Positions 61,901-64,000 of a stretch of 64,000 nt of DNA are shown piece by piece (the first letter of the stretch is position 1; each line of letters begins with the position of its first letter). The position numbers and the translations under genes were made by a program. The DNA comes from Terriglobia bacterium (lineage in GTDB: Bacteria; Acidobacteriota; Terriglobia; Acidiferrales; UBA7541). The stretch lies in NCBI GenBank assembly GCA_963695545.1, contig OY968796.1:64001-128000 (forward strand), written 5' to 3'. The notes under the pieces are model-generated. The model made no database searches. It was not told the origin of the DNA and saw only the letters and a list, made by a program, of their open reading frames with translations.

Positions 61901-64000
61901 TACGGCACCGCGCTAAGCGCCACCCAACTTGACGCGACGACCACTACCGCCGGGTCGTTTGCCTACACACCCGCGTCCGGAACTGTGCTCACGGCAGGAG
62001 CTCAAACGCTGCATGTGACGTTCACTCCAACGGACACGACCGATTTCACGACAGCGACGGCCACAACCACTCTGACCGTGAATCAGGCCGCGCCCGTGAT
62101 CACCTGGGCCACGCCCGCTGCGATCACCTATCCAACTCCGCTGAGCGGTACGCAACTTGATGCCACCGCGAGTGTGGGAGGAACGTTTGTTTACTCACCG
62201 CTATCCGGAACTGTTCCGACCGCCGGCAACGATTTCCTTAGCGTCACATTCACGCCGACCGACGCCGTCGATTACAGCACGGCCACCGCAAACGTAACCC
62301 TGGTCGTGCATCAGGCGACTTCGGTAATCACCTGGGGCACGCCCGCCGCGATCACTTACGGAACAGCGCTCAGCGGCACGCAACTTGACGCCACGGCGAG
62401 TGTCGCCGGTACCTTCGTCTATTCGCCTCTTGCAGGATCCGTGCCCGCAGCGGGCAGCGACACGCTCAGCGTCACGTTCACGCCGACCGACGCCGTCGAT
62501 AACACCACGGCCACCGCAACCGTAACTTTGGTCGTGAACAAGGCAGCGCCGGTGATCACCTGGGCCACGCCCGCCGCGATCACCTACGGCACTGCTCTCA
62601 GCGTTACGCAACTTGACGCCACCGCGAATGTGCCAGGAACTTTTGTCTACACGCCCGCCGCCGGCAGTGTGCCCGCAGCCGGCACGCAAGTGCTTGACGT
62701 GACGTTCTCGCCGACCGACGCAGTCGATTACACCTCAGCCTCCGCCGGCGTGAACCTGACGGTCAATAAGGCCACGCCCGTGATCACTTGGGCCACGCCT
62801 GCGGCGATCGCCTACCTGACGCCTCTAAGCGCGACGCAACTTGACGCGACAGCCAGCACCGCCGGGACTTTCGTTTACGCGCCCGCATCCGGAACCGTGC
62901 TCACCGCCGGCGCACAAACGCTCGATGTGACTTTTACTCCAACCGACGGGGCCGACTACACAACGGCCACAGCCAACGTAACTCTGACGGTGAACCAGGC
63001 GACGCCCGTGATCACCTGGGCCACGCCCGCGGCGATCACCTATCCGACCGCGTTGAGCGGCACACAACTTGACGCCACAGCCAGTGTGGCAGGGACGTTC
63101 GTCTACTCACCGCTATCCGGCACTGTTCCGACCGCGGGCAACGATTTCCTCAGCGTCACGTTCACCCCGACCGACGCCGTCGATTACGCAACGGCCACCG
63201 CCAACGTAACTCTGGTCGTGCATCAAGAACTTCCTGTGGTCACCTGGGCGACGCCTGCGGCGATCACCTACCTCACGCCTCTAAGCGCCACGCAACTTGA
63301 CGCCACAGCGAGCACGGCCGGCACGTTCGCATACACACCTTCGGCCGGTACCGTGCTCGGAGTCGGCAGCCAGACGCTGAACGTCACGTTCACGCCGACC
63401 GACGCAGTCGACTTCTCGACCGCCACCGGCACCACCACCCTCACAGTGAACAAGGCGACTCCAACAATTACCTGGGCCACGCCTGCCGCCATCTCTTACA
63501 ACACAGCTCTCAGCGCCACGCAACTCGACGCCACAGCGAGTACCGCCGGCACCTTCGTGTACGCGCCGCCGCTCGGCACTGTGCTCGGAGTCGGCAGCCA
63601 AACGCTGAACGTCACGTTCACGCCGACCGACGCCGTCGACTTCACCACGGCCACCGGCAGCACAACTCTGACGGTGAACAAAGCCACGCCCGTGATCACC
63701 TGGGCCACGCCAGCGGCGATCACCTACAACACCGCTCTCAGCGCCACGCAACTTGACGCCACGGCGAATACCGCCGGCACCTTTGTTTACGCGCCGCTCG
63801 CCGGTGTCGTGCTCGGAGCCGGGAGCCAAACACTCAGCGTGACGTTCACGCCAACTGACGCGACTGACTTCGCGACAGCCACCGGCACGACGACTCTGTT
63901 GGTAAACAAAGCCACGCCCGTGATCACCTGGGCCGCGCCCGCAGCCATCGCCTACGGCACAGCTCTAAGCGCCACGCAACTTGACGCGACCGCCAGCGTC
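55997..64000 (+). CDS. Giant secreted/surface protein (>2668 aa, 3'-truncated): two NHL beta-propeller blocks, Ig-like domains and at least 20 tandem 76-aa Ig/MBG-like repeats
   Basis: ATG 55997 after GGAGG; frame spot-checked at 56282, 57302, 58682, 59354 and 63914; GDGG.AT.A...D.AGN.YIAD repeats. Absent from the ORF track, consistent with no stop codon in the window. Confidence 0.9.
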   Translation, partial: MRPTRLRISLSQSWVVRVLPTLSRFVAFATRAGSWALLLLIFSASAARAQNITAGGIISTAAGSGGAGSAGSGGLATATPVGGPDGVALDRAGNIYLLDRTNDQVDVVNTQAAAITVTGVTIQPGNVAVIVGSTGSCGTAGAIGDGGPAIDGLLCGPLGLALDASGNIYIADNQDLRIRIVNTQATAITVAGVTIPPNDIATVVGTGVSGSAGDGGAATSATLTNPSGVALDAAGNIYIADEGADVVRVVNTQAGSITIAGVTIAPNDIKTIAGTADSPAYTGDGGAATSAKLSSPYAVALDAAGNIYIDDDGNEVVRVVNPQASASVTVAGVSIAAGDIKTIAGNGTSGYMGNGGAATSAELNNPLGVFVEANGNILIADANNSVIRLVTTTGTISTFAGDNTFGFTGDGGFATSAELSGADATVSDAAGDVYIADFNDHRIREVVSGTAKFGSVAVGQSVTLPIGLNFTAGETLATISASGDNTVSSVGTCTLGVAFVSGNSCILSVKFTPTAPGPRWFPVTVTDSSGNIYSFALQGTGVAPATAFTPGIIATIVGTGTAGFTGDGGPATAAEIGKLWEATVDSAGNLYLVDHDNQRIRVVNRQSSAITVFGVTIPAGDIQTVAGNGTAGALGDGGAATSAEFYYPEGVVLDGAGNLYIADSINNKIRKVTAAGIISTVAGGGSACGAATDGLGDGCPATQATINSPNGVGFDASGNLYIVDTFNNRIRKVSPAGIITTVAGGGSVCGGATDSVGDGCAATSATLDLPGSALVDAAGNLYIADTSNNRVRKVNTNGVITTVAGTGTAGFSGDGGLATSAELDVPFRISIDAAGDLYVDDQTNERIRMVATNGDISTVAGDGIAGFMGDSGSATASELSSPDSAAVDGAGNLYIADGANSRIRKVSVTLAPTEAFGTLEVGQTSGAMGVGLSDVGNAALSISSLTWPTGFAMATVGDDCAVATPVTLGGKCDLGTVFSPSTAGAFSASLGVASNAFDAPSTIALTGTANLPVTALPATLTFSNQPVAQLSATQAVTLTNPTGAAITGIAITFSGTNGTEFTETDNCTATLAANSSCTINVGFTPTAVGSGSHTGEMSIADSDPSTPQVVMLTGTAVKGTPVITWATPAAITYGTALSSTQLDASASVSGVFAYTPASGSTPAAGSDTLSVVFTPTDTTDYAATTATVNLTVNQAIPTVTWTTPAAITYGTALSATQLDATASTAGTFVYAPASGTVLTAGFQTLHVTFTPTDAVDYTTATGTTTLTVDAAAPVITWATPAAITYGTALSGAQLDATASVPGTFVYTPAAGIVLGAGSKVLDVTFSPTDAVDYTSASAGVFLTVNKATPVITWATPAAITYGTALSVTQLDATASTAGTFVYSPASGTVLTGGAQTLNVTFTPTDGTDYTTATGSTILTVNKAAPVITWAGPAAITYGTALSGTQLDATASVGGTFVYTPAAGAVLTAGAQVLDVTFSPTDTVDYTSASAGVPLTVNKAVPVVTWATPAAITYGTALSATQLDATASVPGTFVYAPAAGAVPLAGSDTLGVTFTPTDSVDYTTVTANVTLVVHQATPVITWATPAAITYGTALSATQLDATTTVAGTFAYSPAAATVPGAGSQTLHVTFTPTDAVDYTTATATTTLTVNQATPVITWATPAAITYLTALSGTQLDATTTTAGTFVYTPASGTVLTAGAQTLHVTFTPTDTTDFTTAAGTTTLTVNQATPVITWTTPAAITYPTALSGTQLDATASVGGTFVYSPVSGSTPTAGNDFLTVTFTPTDAVDYTTATANVTLVVHQATPVITWGTPAAITYPTPLSATQLDATASVPGTFVYAPAAASVPLAGSDTLNVAFTPTDAVDYTTATANVTLTVNKGTPVITWATPAAITYGTALSATQLDATTTVPGTFAYTPAAATVLAAGSQTLHVTFTPTDAVDYNTASGTTTLVVNQATPVITWAAPAAIAYGTALSATQLDATTTTAGSFAYTPASGTVLTAGAQTLHVTFTPTDTTDFTTATATTTLTVNQAAPVITWATPAAITYPTPLSGTQLDATASVGGTFVYSPLSGTVPTAGNDFLSVTFTPTDAVDYSTATANVTLVVHQATSVITWGTPAAITYGTALSGTQLDATASVAGTFVYSPLAGSVPAAGSDTLSVTFTPTDAVDNTTATATVTLVVNKAAPVITWATPAAITYGTALSVTQLDATANVPGTFVYTPAAGSVPAAGTQVLDVTFSPTDAVDYTSASAGVNLTVNKATPVITWATPAAIAYLTPLSATQLDATASTAGTFVYAPASGTVLTAGAQTLDVTFTPTDGADYTTATANVTLTVNQATPVITWATPAAITYPTALSGTQLDATASVAGTFVYSPLSGTVPTAGNDFLSVTFTPTDAVDYATATANVTLVVHQELPVVTWATPAAITYLTPLSATQLDATASTAGTFAYTPSAGTVLGVGSQTLNVTFTPTDAVDFSTATGTTTLTVNKATPTITWATPAAISYNTALSATQLDATASTAGTFVYAPPLGTVLGVGSQTLNVTFTPTDAVDFTTATGSTTLTVNKATPVITWATPAAITYNTALSATQLDATANTAGTFVYAPLAGVVLGAGSQTLSVTFTPTDATDFATATGTTTLLVNKATPVITWAAPAAIAYGTALSATQLDATASV
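59354..64000 (+). repeat. 228-bp coding tandem repeat, 20 full units plus a partial unit
   Basis: TPVITWATPAAITYGTALSATQLDATAS..GTF.Y.P unit; 63914-59354 = 20 x 228. Confidence 0.95.

Noticed and set aside
59354..64000. Regular repeats considered as a CRISPR array or DGR cassette
   Set aside because: Units are 228-bp in-frame coding repeats with synonymous variation; there are no unique spacers, cas genes or reverse transcriptase

Overview
A GC-rich bacterial chromosomal window. Gene content and repeat style suggest Acidobacteriota (inference). In order it holds: (1) sugar and peptide scavenging genes (galM-like epimerase, xylulokinase, S9 and M61 peptidases, GH3-PA14 glycosidase); (2) a secreted (NPN)n-repeat protein paired with a CsgG/HfaB-like protein; (3) a kdpFABC potassium-pump locus with KdpE, two tiny membrane peptides, a USP-like protein and a membrane Ser/Thr kinase, but no KdpD; (4) a DEAD-box helicase and a 2.9-kaa cyclic beta-1,2-glucan synthase; (5) a partly damaged pirin/glyoxalase/haloperoxidase cluster followed by an unexplained AT-rich AAAACAAAG dyad/repeat element; (6) a PAS-GGDEF-EAL protein, transaldolase and a TolC-EmrA-EmrB efflux operon; (7) tRNA-Arg(TCT) followed by a ~2.5 kb integrase-less islet (DoxX, ECF41 sigma factor, frameshifted HNH nuclease) closed by a 12-bp direct repeat; (8) the 5' 8 kb of a giant NHL/Ig-repeat surface protein that the ORF track missed. 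The best candidates for novelty are the KdpD-less, kinase-containing Kdp module, the element at ~39.1 kb and the NPN/CsgG-like pair. All product calls come from motif recognition by eye; no database searches were run.
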